This document shows, in pieces, positions 1-8,941 of a stretch of DNA of 64,000 nt (position 1 is its first letter; every line of letters begins with the position of its first letter). The DNA lies in NCBI GenBank assembly GCA_963752155.1, contig CAVVXH010000010.1:352001-416000 (forward strand). The letters are read 5' to 3'. Source of the stretch: an uncultured Parachlamydiaceae bacterium (lineage in GTDB: Bacteria > Chlamydiota > Chlamydiia > Chlamydiales > Parachlamydiaceae). The notes under the pieces are model-generated. The model was not told the DNA's origin, searched no databases, and saw nothing but the letters and a program-made list of their open reading frames with translations. A program made the position numbers and the translations under genes.

Positions 1-52
1 GATCCCTAAACCACTGCGTGGAATGATATCAGCTAAAAAAAAGGATTTATTA

Positions 53-628
53 ATGGTGACAGAAAAAGTACGTTGTTTCGGAAATGGTTTAGGTAAAGAA
101 TTTTACGCTGAATACCATGATAATGAATGGGGTGTTCCTGTCCATGATGATCGTCATCTCTTTGAGATGCTTATTCTTGAAGGTGCGCAAGCTGGGCTTA
201 GCTGGGAAACGATTCTTAAAAAACGTGAAGGATATAAGAATGCATTTTATCATTTTGATCCCAAAAAAGTTGCGCAAATGTCTGATGAAGAATTAGAGAA
301 TTTACGTAATAATTCAGAAATAGTTCGCAACCGATTAAAAATTTATAGCGTCCGTCAAAATGCTCGTGCTTTTTTAGCTATACAGAAAGAATTTGGTTCA
401 TTCGATAGCTACATCTGGCAATTTGTCGATGGTAAGCCAATCAAAAATACGCAGGCAACTCTAAAAGATCTTCCTACTTCTACATCGACTAGCGATGCAA
501 TTGCGAAAGATCTAAAAAAAAGAGGGATGAATTTTGTTGGGACAACTATCATTTATTCTTTTATGCTGGCGATTGGGATGGTCAATGGTCATATTGCAAG
601 TTGCTGGAAGTGCCAGTGCAATAGATAG
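53..628 (+). CDS. tag: DNA-3-methyladenine glycosylase I
   Basis: Motifs RC..YHDNEWG, LFEMLILEGAQAGLSW, IVRNRLKI, FVG.TIIYSF and H...C; ATG at 53 preferred over 23. Confidence 0.93.
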   Translation: MVTEKVRCFGNGLGKEFYAEYHDNEWGVPVHDDRHLFEMLILEGAQAGLSWETILKKREGYKNAFYHFDPKKVAQMSDEELENLRNNSEIVRNRLKIYSVRQNARAFLAIQKEFGSFDSYIWQFVDGKPIKNTQATLKDLPTSTSTSDAIAKDLKKRGMNFVGTTIIYSFMLAIGMVNGHIASCWKCQCNR

Positions 629-717
629 TTCTCGCATTGAAACTATGGAAAGCGATACAATACGTTTTCTAACACTCCTTCAGGAAAATGATGGAGCATG
701 AAATTAGGATGTGAAAA

Positions 718-1524
718 ATGAATCGAGATGAAGAACGGATTCCGGTAGTCCTTAATAATCAAGGACAGAAAATTTTTGGTGTCCTACATCGACCAGCAAA
801 GCCCTGTGCAGCTAAAAGTCCTGCAGTGCTGATGTGTCATGGTTTAGGTGGAAATAAAGTTGGTAAAGGACGCCTCTATGTATTGCTATCTGAAATGCTT
901 GCTGCGCGTGGGATTGCCTCTCTAAGAATCGATTTTCGTGGTTCTGGTGATAGCGAAGGTGAGTTTTCAAAAATGACAATTGAGAGCGAAGTAAGCGATG
1001 CGTTAGTGGCATTGGATTTTCTTAAACACGATTCTCAAATTGATAAAGATCGTATTGCCATTTTTGGTCGCTCTTTTGGTGGAGTGGTTGCTATTTTGGC
1101 TTCACATCAGTACTGTGATATTAAAAGTTTGGCTTTGTGGGCTCCCGTTTTTGGGTGTGAACAGTGGAAAGAAAGGTGGGAAAATGCACACTCTGGACCC
1201 ATGGATCCTTTAAAGCGCAATAGTTTGATGAACATCGAAGGATTACAGCCTGGTTATCCTTTTTTTCAACAGCTTTTTACTCTTAAGCTTGGAGATAAGT
1301 TGAAATCTCTTGACGCAATTCCTCTATTACATATTCATGGTGAAAAAGATAGCGTTGTCGATTTATCCCATGCTCGCAAGTTTAAAGAAGCTAGGTGTCA
1401 TGTACTTGAGAAGTCGCAGTTTAGACTTTTGCCTCAGTCTGATCATGATTTCTTGGATCCTACTGAGCGTCAAATAGCTCTATCAGAAACTACAGGATGG
1501 TTTGAAAAAACTCTTTGTCATTGA
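718..1524 (+). CDS. Alpha/beta hydrolase family protein
   Basis: CHGLGG, DFRGSGDSEG, nucleophile elbow GRSFGG, IHGEKD and the catalytic His in SDHDF. Confidence 0.88.
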   Translation: MNRDEERIPVVLNNQGQKIFGVLHRPAKPCAAKSPAVLMCHGLGGNKVGKGRLYVLLSEMLAARGIASLRIDFRGSGDSEGEFSKMTIESEVSDALVALDFLKHDSQIDKDRIAIFGRSFGGVVAILASHQYCDIKSLALWAPVFGCEQWKERWENAHSGPMDPLKRNSLMNIEGLQPGYPFFQQLFTLKLGDKLKSLDAIPLLHIHGEKDSVVDLSHARKFKEARCHVLEKSQFRLLPQSDHDFLDPTERQIALSETTGWFEKTLCH

Positions 1525-1538
1525 TTTTCGGAGGTAGA

Positions 1539-3173
1539 ATGAACCCATTTTCTGAAAGTTCTGAGTTGGATTTTTATCGGCTGAGGTATGTTCCTCCTCT
1601 TCCTGAAATTTTAAAAAATGTAAGGAATTGTGTTGTTAAAATTGAAGAAAAATCTCCATGTGAAGATTCCATAGCTAATCTTTTTCCATTTATTGCCGAT
1701 CTACCGGAAGTCACGATTGAATCGAATGATGGCAATTCGAGAAGCAATTTTAAACCTCTGCGAGTGGGTGTCCTTTTTTCCGGAGGACAAGCTGCTGGAG
1801 GACATAATGTCATTTCAGGCCTTTATGATGCTCTTAAATCTTTAAACTCTGAAAGCGTTCTCATTGGTTTCGTTGGTGGACCAGGAGGTTTAATCAAAGG
1901 ACAGTCGGTGGAAATTTCCCAAGATCTTATCGATAAATATCGTAATCTTGGAGGATTCGATCTTTTAGGATCTGATCGTACAAAATTAGATCCTTCCACC
2001 CAATTAAAAGTATTGGAACATGTACAATCCTTAGATTTAGATGGCCTCGTCATTATAGGTGGGGACGATTCCAATACAAATGCAGCTTATTTAGCAGAGT
2101 TTTTCTTATCCAAGCAGATTCAAACTAAAGTCATTGGAGTGCCGAAAACGATTGATGGTGACTTAAAAAGTGAAGAAATCGAAATTTCTTTTGGTTTTGA
2201 TAGTGCAACTAAGACCTATGCGTCTATCATTGGCAACCTTGCACGAGACGTGCTCTCGGCCAAAAAATATTATTATTTCGTAAAGCTTATGGGGCGTACA
2301 GCCTCTAGCATTGCTTTAGAGTGTGCACTCCAAACCCATCCTAATTATACCCTGATCGGTGAAGAGATCGCTTCAGAGAAAAAATCACTTGAAGATATTG
2401 TGACCGAAATGACAGATCTTATCTGCAAGCGTTCTCAAGAGGGGAAAAATTATGGCCTTATTTTAATCCCTGAAGGGCTTTTAGAGTTTATTGCAGATTG
2501 TAGCCAGTTATTCAAGGAACTTGCTAAAATCGATCCGGCAGCCCTTTCAAGCGGAGCTTTAGACTCCCTTTCTTCTGATTCCAAAAAATGTTTGGAATTA
2601 TTTCCGGAAGCGATCAAGCAGCAGCTTTTTCTAGATCGGGATCCACACGGTAATCTACAGGTGTCAAAAATTGAAACAGAGCGACTTCTGATTGCTATGG
2701 TCACGGATCAATTGAAGAACCGAAAGAATGCAGGGGAATATTCCGGTCAGTTTACCCCTCAGCCTCTTTTTTGTGGTTACGAAGGACGGGCGTGTCATCC
2801 TTCAAATTTCGATGCCAATTATTGTTACGCGCTTGGCCATGTGGCTGCGTTATTAGTACAACATGGTCAAACTGGATATATGGCTGCCGTACAAAAGCTT
2901 GCACATCCAGTGAAAAATTGGCTGCCCGCTGGAGTTCCATTAGCCTCTATGCTGGTATTTGAGAAGCGCAAAGAAGGTACAAGGGCTGTCATTAGAAAAA
3001 CTCTTGTCGATTTGAGTGGAAAACCTTTTGAAACCTTTAAAGAAAAACGGCAGTATTGGGCTTACAGGGATGACTATCGTTATCCGGGCCCTATGCAATT
3101 TTTTGGCCCTTGTGAATTAACTGAACAAATGACGTATACATTGGCTCTGGAGTCAAATATAGTGCTCGTCTAA
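1539..3173 (+). CDS. pfp: Diphosphate--fructose-6-phosphate 1-phosphotransferase (PPi-dependent PFK)
   Basis: SGGQAAGGHNV, GGDDS and PKTIDGD (PPi-type residues), LMGR; GGAGGT RBS before ATG 1539. Confidence 0.92.
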   Translation: MNPFSESSELDFYRLRYVPPLPEILKNVRNCVVKIEEKSPCEDSIANLFPFIADLPEVTIESNDGNSRSNFKPLRVGVLFSGGQAAGGHNVISGLYDALKSLNSESVLIGFVGGPGGLIKGQSVEISQDLIDKYRNLGGFDLLGSDRTKLDPSTQLKVLEHVQSLDLDGLVIIGGDDSNTNAAYLAEFFLSKQIQTKVIGVPKTIDGDLKSEEIEISFGFDSATKTYASIIGNLARDVLSAKKYYYFVKLMGRTASSIALECALQTHPNYTLIGEEIASEKKSLEDIVTEMTDLICKRSQEGKNYGLILIPEGLLEFIADCSQLFKELAKIDPAALSSGALDSLSSDSKKCLELFPEAIKQQLFLDRDPHGNLQVSKIETERLLIAMVTDQLKNRKNAGEYSGQFTPQPLFCGYEGRACHPSNFDANYCYALGHVAALLVQHGQTGYMAAVQKLAHPVKNWLPAGVPLASMLVFEKRKEGTRAVIRKTLVDLSGKPFETFKEKRQYWAYRDDYRYPGPMQFFGPCELTEQMTYTLALESNIVLV

Positions 3174-3188
3174 ATGAAGGGAAGTCTT

Positions 3189-4319
3189 ATGCGTAAAATA
3201 GTTTTGTTTCAAGCATTATTAGCCTTATTTCAATCCAACTTGGTGGCTCAGGTTAGCGTCCCTTATTCGACTTCAACGGTGCAAGGATCCACTATCATTA
3301 CGAATTTTAGTGATCCAAATGCTGCAGGACCTGGATTGCCGATTAGTCCTCTCGATTCCAGGTTAAATGGACCATTGCTTCGCAATACGGATCCCACTTC
3401 GATCACATCGCAAGGACCCTCTGCTTCTTCGCCTTTTACTGCCATTCCCTCTTTTACTACTTTACCTGCAACAACAACTTATTCGAGTACACTTGCTCAG
3501 CCTTATGTAAATCAGGTCGTGCCTACGGGTGTGGGAAATACGTTCGTGCAAAATCCTCAAACTTTGCAGCCTGGGGTCTATAATAATTTTGCAAATCAGG
3601 GGTTTGGTCAGCTCCCCCCTCAGAGTACCTATGTTCCTATTACGACGATTAAACGAGATATCCCTGGAAATCCAGAAGAACCCACTTATTTGTTTCCTGG
3701 ATTGGTACGCTATTCAATTGATAAATGGGTTGGGAGTGATTATCTTTATGACCTTCCATCAAATATAGGAGTGGTTGTGGAAGTCGTGAGCCCCACTGGC
3801 TCTACGCAGAATATCAATACGGCCCTTATTAAACAGAATATAGAGGCTATTTTTTCGTATGCCCGAATCAACCCGGTTACAGAATCATTTCAAGGTCAAC
3901 CTCCTTTGCCTTTTTTTCACCTTTTGATTTTTGCAGTTCCTGTTGAAAATAGCTACGTTTTTAGTATATCGGGAAGGCTTTTTGAAGCTGTTCGCCTAGC
4001 AAGATTAAATCTGAGGCTTCCGGGAACTTGGCAGGCGATTACTTGGGAAAAACAAGAGCTTATTGTAGCTTCGAAGACGTTATTTTTTGAACAGCTATTG
4101 GCTACTTCAAAAGAGATTGCTGAATTTTTTACGCAGCGTGTGACTTACTTTAAAAAGCAGAGAATGGAATTAGAAGAACAGCTTAGATTGAGATGTGGTC
4201 CACGTGTGATAAATGATCCGTTTGCTCCGAAGAAGATGACAGAGGCTGAGGCAAAGAAATATGATCAGGAGAGTAATTATGATCAGAAGTGTGGGTGGAG
4301 CTGCGGGAGCTGTAGATAA
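3189..4319 (+). CDS. Hypothetical exported protein with a signal peptide, a Pro/Ser/Thr/Gln-rich N-terminal half and a globular C-terminal domain
   Basis: Long ORF directly after pfp; MRKIVLFQALLALFQSNLVA resembles a signal peptide; start could be 3174. Confidence 0.7.
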   Translation: MRKIVLFQALLALFQSNLVAQVSVPYSTSTVQGSTIITNFSDPNAAGPGLPISPLDSRLNGPLLRNTDPTSITSQGPSASSPFTAIPSFTTLPATTTYSSTLAQPYVNQVVPTGVGNTFVQNPQTLQPGVYNNFANQGFGQLPPQSTYVPITTIKRDIPGNPEEPTYLFPGLVRYSIDKWVGSDYLYDLPSNIGVVVEVVSPTGSTQNINTALIKQNIEAIFSYARINPVTESFQGQPPLPFFHLLIFAVPVENSYVFSISGRLFEAVRLARLNLRLPGTWQAITWEKQELIVASKTLFFEQLLATSKEIAEFFTQRVTYFKKQRMELEEQLRLRCGPRVINDPFAPKKMTEAEAKKYDQESNYDQKCGWSCGSCR

Positions 4320-4320
4320 A

Positions 4321-4397
4321 GTGAAAGCTACTATTGGCATGACTACAATTTAACAACTAAATACGTTTTGGAGTGCGTGTGGCTTTGCCACCGCGCG
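4321..4397. repeat. Palindromic element family A, left arm (core GGAGTGCGTGTGGCTTTGCCACCGC)
   Basis: 4330-4397 is the reverse complement of 6827-6894; 4321-4363 is directly repeated at 6771-6813; the core recurs at 20.37 and 20.57 kb. Confidence 0.85.
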
Positions 4398-4579
4398 TTA
4401 TTATTGAACCAAATCTCTATACGATGCCCATCTATGATTTATACCAGAAATTATAAGATTTAATTGTCTTGGCTAAAAAGAATGCAATTATTCTCTTTTA
4501 TTCTTTTTTTATTGCATTACCATACATTAACTGATAACATTTAGCTGTAATTAGCAAAAAAATTATCAAGAGGTGTTTC

Positions 4580-6760
4580 ATGATTCGGCCTTATAGTGCA
4601 ATTCAAGATCAACAAACTAATTCAGGTCCACCCATTAAGCGTCAGCGGACTGTCGCTCCTGAGTCTTTGGGTGATTACCCTTCCGATTTTTATGAAATAT
4701 TAATGAATTTTATTAGTGCAAAGTGTTGGGAAATTCAAGAACACAATTTGTCTCTTTTCCAATTATTTGAGAATTATAAATTTACAGTAATAAAGGGTAT
4801 AAAAATTGAGGATAGAAGAAAATTAATTTCAGGAATAAATGATAGGTTATTAAAATTTGTTATCTCACTTTATTCAATGAAACCTGATCAAATTCCGATG
4901 TTCGTTGAGAGATTAGAGGGACAACTTTTTCCAACAAAATGGGAATCAGTTTATCAAGAAGATTTATTAGAAACGATAAAATTGATTTTTATAAAATGGT
5001 TTAGAGCAATAAAATCAGAGTTTCCAGCTGAAATTCCCAATCGATGGTTTGACGTCTCAAAGGAAATGATAAGTTTCGAGGAGATGATAAACCAGGATTC
5101 AGATACATCTACACTCGAAAAAAGGCAACAGTATTCACATACGTCTACGACTGAAAAAATGAAACTTTATTCAGATACATCTGTAGCAATAGCTTTTCTT
5201 CAAAGTTTTTCTTCAATGAAAATTGGATTACATCACATTTCAAATAGTGACAAACCTGATTTTTGGGTAAAACTTTATAATGAATATTTAATTAAAGAAA
5301 TAGTAAAATTAGGAGTTAAAATTCTATTTCAATTTCAGAAAGATGTTTCATCACAAACAAAACTTAATTCTTGGATTTATGAAAATACAACAGGTTGCGG
5401 ATTGGATGATTATACCGGAGCTTTTCTTATTTTTAACGATTTTTTTCTAGCATTTGAAGACTTCCTTGTAGACCCAGAAGTTTATAAGCATATCACTAAA
5501 GTATTAGGCAGAATTTTTGCACAAAATAAAAAGGATTTGGTTATCAAGGATGAACATCTAGAAAAGTGTGGAAAAAATTATCTTGTAAGTCTTAATGCCC
5601 AATCACTCATTCGTTTAAATGCAAGACGGATAATTGATGTAAATAAGGTTAGTCTAGACGATTATCCAAAGGAAATTATTAAAATATTTTATTTATCAAT
5701 AGATGAAAAATCTTTTATTGCATTGAAGCGTGTTTCGAAAACCCTATATAAGGTATCTGATTTAGCAATTGTTGATTACTTAAATCAAAATGCAAGTTTA
5801 AGAGATCTTAGGATATCAATTGAGAAATTAATTGTTAAACTGGATAATATGTCAGAACAGAATGGTGAAGAGTTAAATAAAAAAGTTTATTCATTGAACT
5901 TTTGTGGTTACACAAGTGATGATTTTCATGATATAGCTCGAATTAAAAGTATAGGCATTACTTTTTTCAGGAAAATTAATAAGGAGTTTCCTAATCTTAT
6001 AAATTTATCTTTTCAAGATACAAATTTAAAGGCATTGTCATTCTTAGATTTTAAAAATCTTAGGAATTTAAACTTAGAACGATGTGATAAAATTTCAGTT
6101 GATAAAATAAAATTTAATTTTAAAAATGGAATAATTACTTATCCTTCTGGACAGGTATATGAGGGTGACTTTGTGAATAATATTCCTGAAGGTAAAGGAA
6201 TTCTCAGGGATAGGCTAAAGGGTGGCTTACCAAGAATGCCCTTTTTAAATGTTGGTCCTTTCTTTCACCTACCAGAATATCAGTATGAAGGATTTTTTAA
6301 AGAGGGGAAACTACATGGATTTTCTAAATTTTCAATAAACAATAACATTATTCAAGGGGAATTCAATATGGGAGAGCCCCCTTCAAATGGGTCAATCATT
6401 TTCAACAATGGACAACTATATGAGGGAAACTTGAATAATTTGCGGCCTGAAGGTTTGGGAATCTTGACTTGTGCTAATGGTGACATATATAAAGGCACAT
6501 TTTCTAACGGATTACCTTCATATGGAGTTTTAACGTCTTTGAGTGGTTGGAGATTGGAAGGCGCTGTAACTTACTTTTGTTTTATGTGTCGATTGGATGT
6601 AGTTTTAAATGGAAGCATAGAATTTCAAGGTATGAGACATGAAGGCTCTTTTAGCTTAAAATTAGATCAAAAAAGATATTACTTAGAATGTGTAGAGACA
6701 AAATACAAATTTTATGAATTCCCTACCCATTCTTTTGAAGTTTATCTCCCAGAAAATTAA
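4580..6760 (+). CDS. Effector-like protein with an F-box-like motif, short LRR and C-terminal MORN repeats
   Basis: SLDDYPKEIIKIFYLSIDEKSFIALKRVSKTL (F-box-like); FPNLINLSF and NLRNLNLERC (LRR); repeated YEG.F....PEGKG (MORN); GAGGT RBS; visibly AT-rich. Confidence 0.75.
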   Translation: MIRPYSAIQDQQTNSGPPIKRQRTVAPESLGDYPSDFYEILMNFISAKCWEIQEHNLSLFQLFENYKFTVIKGIKIEDRRKLISGINDRLLKFVISLYSMKPDQIPMFVERLEGQLFPTKWESVYQEDLLETIKLIFIKWFRAIKSEFPAEIPNRWFDVSKEMISFEEMINQDSDTSTLEKRQQYSHTSTTEKMKLYSDTSVAIAFLQSFSSMKIGLHHISNSDKPDFWVKLYNEYLIKEIVKLGVKILFQFQKDVSSQTKLNSWIYENTTGCGLDDYTGAFLIFNDFFLAFEDFLVDPEVYKHITKVLGRIFAQNKKDLVIKDEHLEKCGKNYLVSLNAQSLIRLNARRIIDVNKVSLDDYPKEIIKIFYLSIDEKSFIALKRVSKTLYKVSDLAIVDYLNQNASLRDLRISIEKLIVKLDNMSEQNGEELNKKVYSLNFCGYTSDDFHDIARIKSIGITFFRKINKEFPNLINLSFQDTNLKALSFLDFKNLRNLNLERCDKISVDKIKFNFKNGIITYPSGQVYEGDFVNNIPEGKGILRDRLKGGLPRMPFLNVGPFFHLPEYQYEGFFKEGKLHGFSKFSINNNIIQGEFNMGEPPSNGSIIFNNGQLYEGNLNNLRPEGLGILTCANGDIYKGTFSNGLPSYGVLTSLSGWRLEGAVTYFCFMCRLDVVLNGSIEFQGMRHEGSFSLKLDQKRYYLECVETKYKFYEFPTHSFEVYLPEN

Positions 6761-6770
6761 GTAATTAGAC

Positions 6771-6894
6771 GTGAAAGCTAATATTGGCATTACCTCAAGT
6801 TAATAACTAAATATTAAAGACTCTCTCGCACGGTGGCAAAGCCACACGCATTCCAAAAAGTATTTAGTTGTTAAATTGAAATAGCGCCAATAGT
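6771..6894. repeat. Palindromic element family A, collapsed copy (partial left arm plus right arm)
   Basis: Direct copy of 4321-4363, followed by an inverted copy of 4330-4397. Confidence 0.85.
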
Positions 6895-6904
6895 TGAGAA
6901 CCCT

Positions 6905-7216
6905 TCAAAACAATCCAGGAGGTAATCCTTGACCAAAACCTGCAGGGAACATTGGTTTAGTTAGAGCCTCTAGTTTAGTCGAAGCATCTTTGTAAGCTGC
7001 CTTAATTAAATCTTCAAGCCCTTCGATATCCTCTGGGTCAACACATTCCGGTTTTATTTTTATTTGTTTAATTTCTGACGACGTTAAGGTTATTGTGACA
7101 AGTCCATTGCCTGCTGTTCCTGTTGCTTCAGCACTTTCAATTTTACTTTGCATTTGCATGAGCTGTTCTTGCATTTCACGCGCTTGTTTCTTTTTTTTTG
7201 AAAAACCTGTTCCCAT
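6905..7216 (-). CDS. ebfC: Nucleoid-associated protein YbaB/EbfC
   Basis: GTAGNGLVTITL and IKPECVDPEDIEGLEDLIKAA; immediately downstream of dnaX. Confidence 0.92.
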   Translation of the reverse strand: MGTGFSKKKKQAREMQEQLMQMQSKIESAEATGTAGNGLVTITLTSSEIKQIKIKPECVDPEDIEGLEDLIKAAYKDASTKLEALTKPMFPAGFGQGLPPGLF

Positions 7217-7217
7217 G

Positions 7218-8747
7218 TTAATGTCCTTTGCTTGTTGTTTTTTGCAATGAGCCTTCAAGCTCTACGGCAGCAAAATGCAAAATCGTATCATATCGACTTT
7301 GTCTTTTGATGGCCAAATTCTGAGCTTCAGGAGTTGGATGCGCTACGTGTTCAATCGGAGGAGGTGCTGGTAGAGCCACTTTGTCTGCCAGTTCTGCTGG
7401 TGTTGTCTTTTCTATTTCCAGTGATTCATTTTGTTTTTGAGGTTCGGTGTGCACTGATTTTGTTTTGAGACCCAAATCGCTTCTTGAAGGCGATGGATCA
7501 ATTGTGATTGAAATGTCAACTTCTGAATGAAGTTGACGTGGGGGTTCTGGCTGAAGTAGGGGCATCATCGAAACATTTGGTTTTTTTTCTACAGCCTGTA
7601 CAGACTGCTTCAGCTCGTGAAGCTGACGTATCAAGAAGTCGACAGGAACACGCTGTTGAATGCGTAAAATGCGTAGAAGTAAAGCTTCTAGTGCAATACG
7701 GCCAGATGGCATAAAGCGAATTTTATCGAGAGTTTCGATCAAGTAATCTAAGATCGTCAGACATTGTTCTTGCGTGTAAAGCTTGCTTGATTGAGCATAT
7801 TTTTCCAGCTCTGATGTCGATAGGGAGAAAAACGGAGCATTTTGATCTGCAATTTTAATCAATAAAAGGGTGCGAAAATGTTCTGTCAGAGACTCGACAA
7901 AATGGAGTAAGTCTTTGCCTTGAGAAAAGACCTGATGAGCAATTTCAAAAGCGATGGCTAAATTTTTATCTTTGACGGCTTGATCCAACGTAAAGAAAAG
8001 GTCGCGAGGGACGATGCCAAGGATATTTGCTACAGACTCTGTTGTTATGCTTCCTTCATGAAAAGCCAGGATTTGATCTAAGAGGGATTCTGCATCGCGC
8101 ATTCCTCCTTCAGCTCTTTTAGCTATCGTGTAGAGAGCATCTTCGGTAATTTCAACTTTTTGTTGATCAGCGATAAAGTGAAGTTTTTTGAAGATTTTTT
8201 CGATCGGAATGCGATTTAGATTAAAACGTTGGCATCGACTTAAAATTGTCGTTGGAATTTTATGGGGTTCTGTTGTGGCAAAGAAAAATTTTACACGTTC
8301 AGGAGGTTCTTCTAGAGTTTTGAGTAGGGCGTTGAAGGCTTCTTTGGTTAACATGTGGACTTCGTCGATGATGTAAATCTTGTAACCACCGGTAGCGGAA
8401 GAATAGCCTACAGTTTCATTAATTTGCCGGATATCGTCGATTCCTCGGTGAGAGGCCCCATCGATTTCGAGGACATCTAAGGAGGAGCCGGAGGTGATTT
8501 CTTTACAGGATGCACATTGGTTGCAGGGTTCTAGATCTTGACGTTTTGTTTGGCAATTTAAAGCCTTAGCAAATACGCGAGCCAGGGTTGTTTTTCCGGT
8601 TCCTCTAGATCCGCAAAAAAGATAGGCGTGTGCTAATCGACGGTGCTGAATAGCATTTTTTAGAGTTGTGACGATGGCTTCTTGGCCAAAAACTTCAGCA
8701 AAAGTTTGCGGTCTATAGCGACGAGCAAGTACTTGATATTCAGCCAT
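7218..8747 (-). CDS. dnaX: DNA polymerase III subunit gamma/tau
   Basis: YQVLARRYRPQTF, Walker A GSRGTGKTT, Zn module PCNQCASC, IIDEVHML and SRC motif. Confidence 0.96.
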   Translation of the reverse strand: MAEYQVLARRYRPQTFAEVFGQEAIVTTLKNAIQHRRLAHAYLFCGSRGTGKTTLARVFAKALNCQTKRQDLEPCNQCASCKEITSGSSLDVLEIDGASHRGIDDIRQINETVGYSSATGGYKIYIIDEVHMLTKEAFNALLKTLEEPPERVKFFFATTEPHKIPTTILSRCQRFNLNRIPIEKIFKKLHFIADQQKVEITEDALYTIAKRAEGGMRDAESLLDQILAFHEGSITTESVANILGIVPRDLFFTLDQAVKDKNLAIAFEIAHQVFSQGKDLLHFVESLTEHFRTLLLIKIADQNAPFFSLSTSELEKYAQSSKLYTQEQCLTILDYLIETLDKIRFMPSGRIALEALLLRILRIQQRVPVDFLIRQLHELKQSVQAVEKKPNVSMMPLLQPEPPRQLHSEVDISITIDPSPSRSDLGLKTKSVHTEPQKQNESLEIEKTTPAELADKVALPAPPPIEHVAHPTPEAQNLAIKRQSRYDTILHFAAVELEGSLQKTTSKGH

Positions 8748-8829
8748 AGGTTCCTTGTATGATGATCTCGCGGTCTTTTTAAGTGTATCTTTCTTTGTTG
8801 TAAAATTCAAGAGAAAACAAGGCCGGCGG

Positions 8830-8930
8830 GCAAGGACAACAAGGACAGCAAGGACAACACCAATAGACGTCAACAATGTGTAGGTAATTATTGTTTATCG
8901 TCTTTGTTATCCTTGCCTTGTCGTCCTTTC
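8830..8930. repeat. Family D inverted 9-bp satellite: (AAGGACRRC)n, spacer, degenerate inverted units
   Basis: caaggacaacaaggacagcaaggacaac, followed by tccttgccttgtcgtcctttc. Confidence 0.7.
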
Positions 8931-8941
8931 AAATATTAATT

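Noticed and set aside
8748..8876. Hydrophobic N-terminal extension of DnaX
   Set aside because: Arises from reading through the family D repeat; the conserved start is MAEYQV at 8747.
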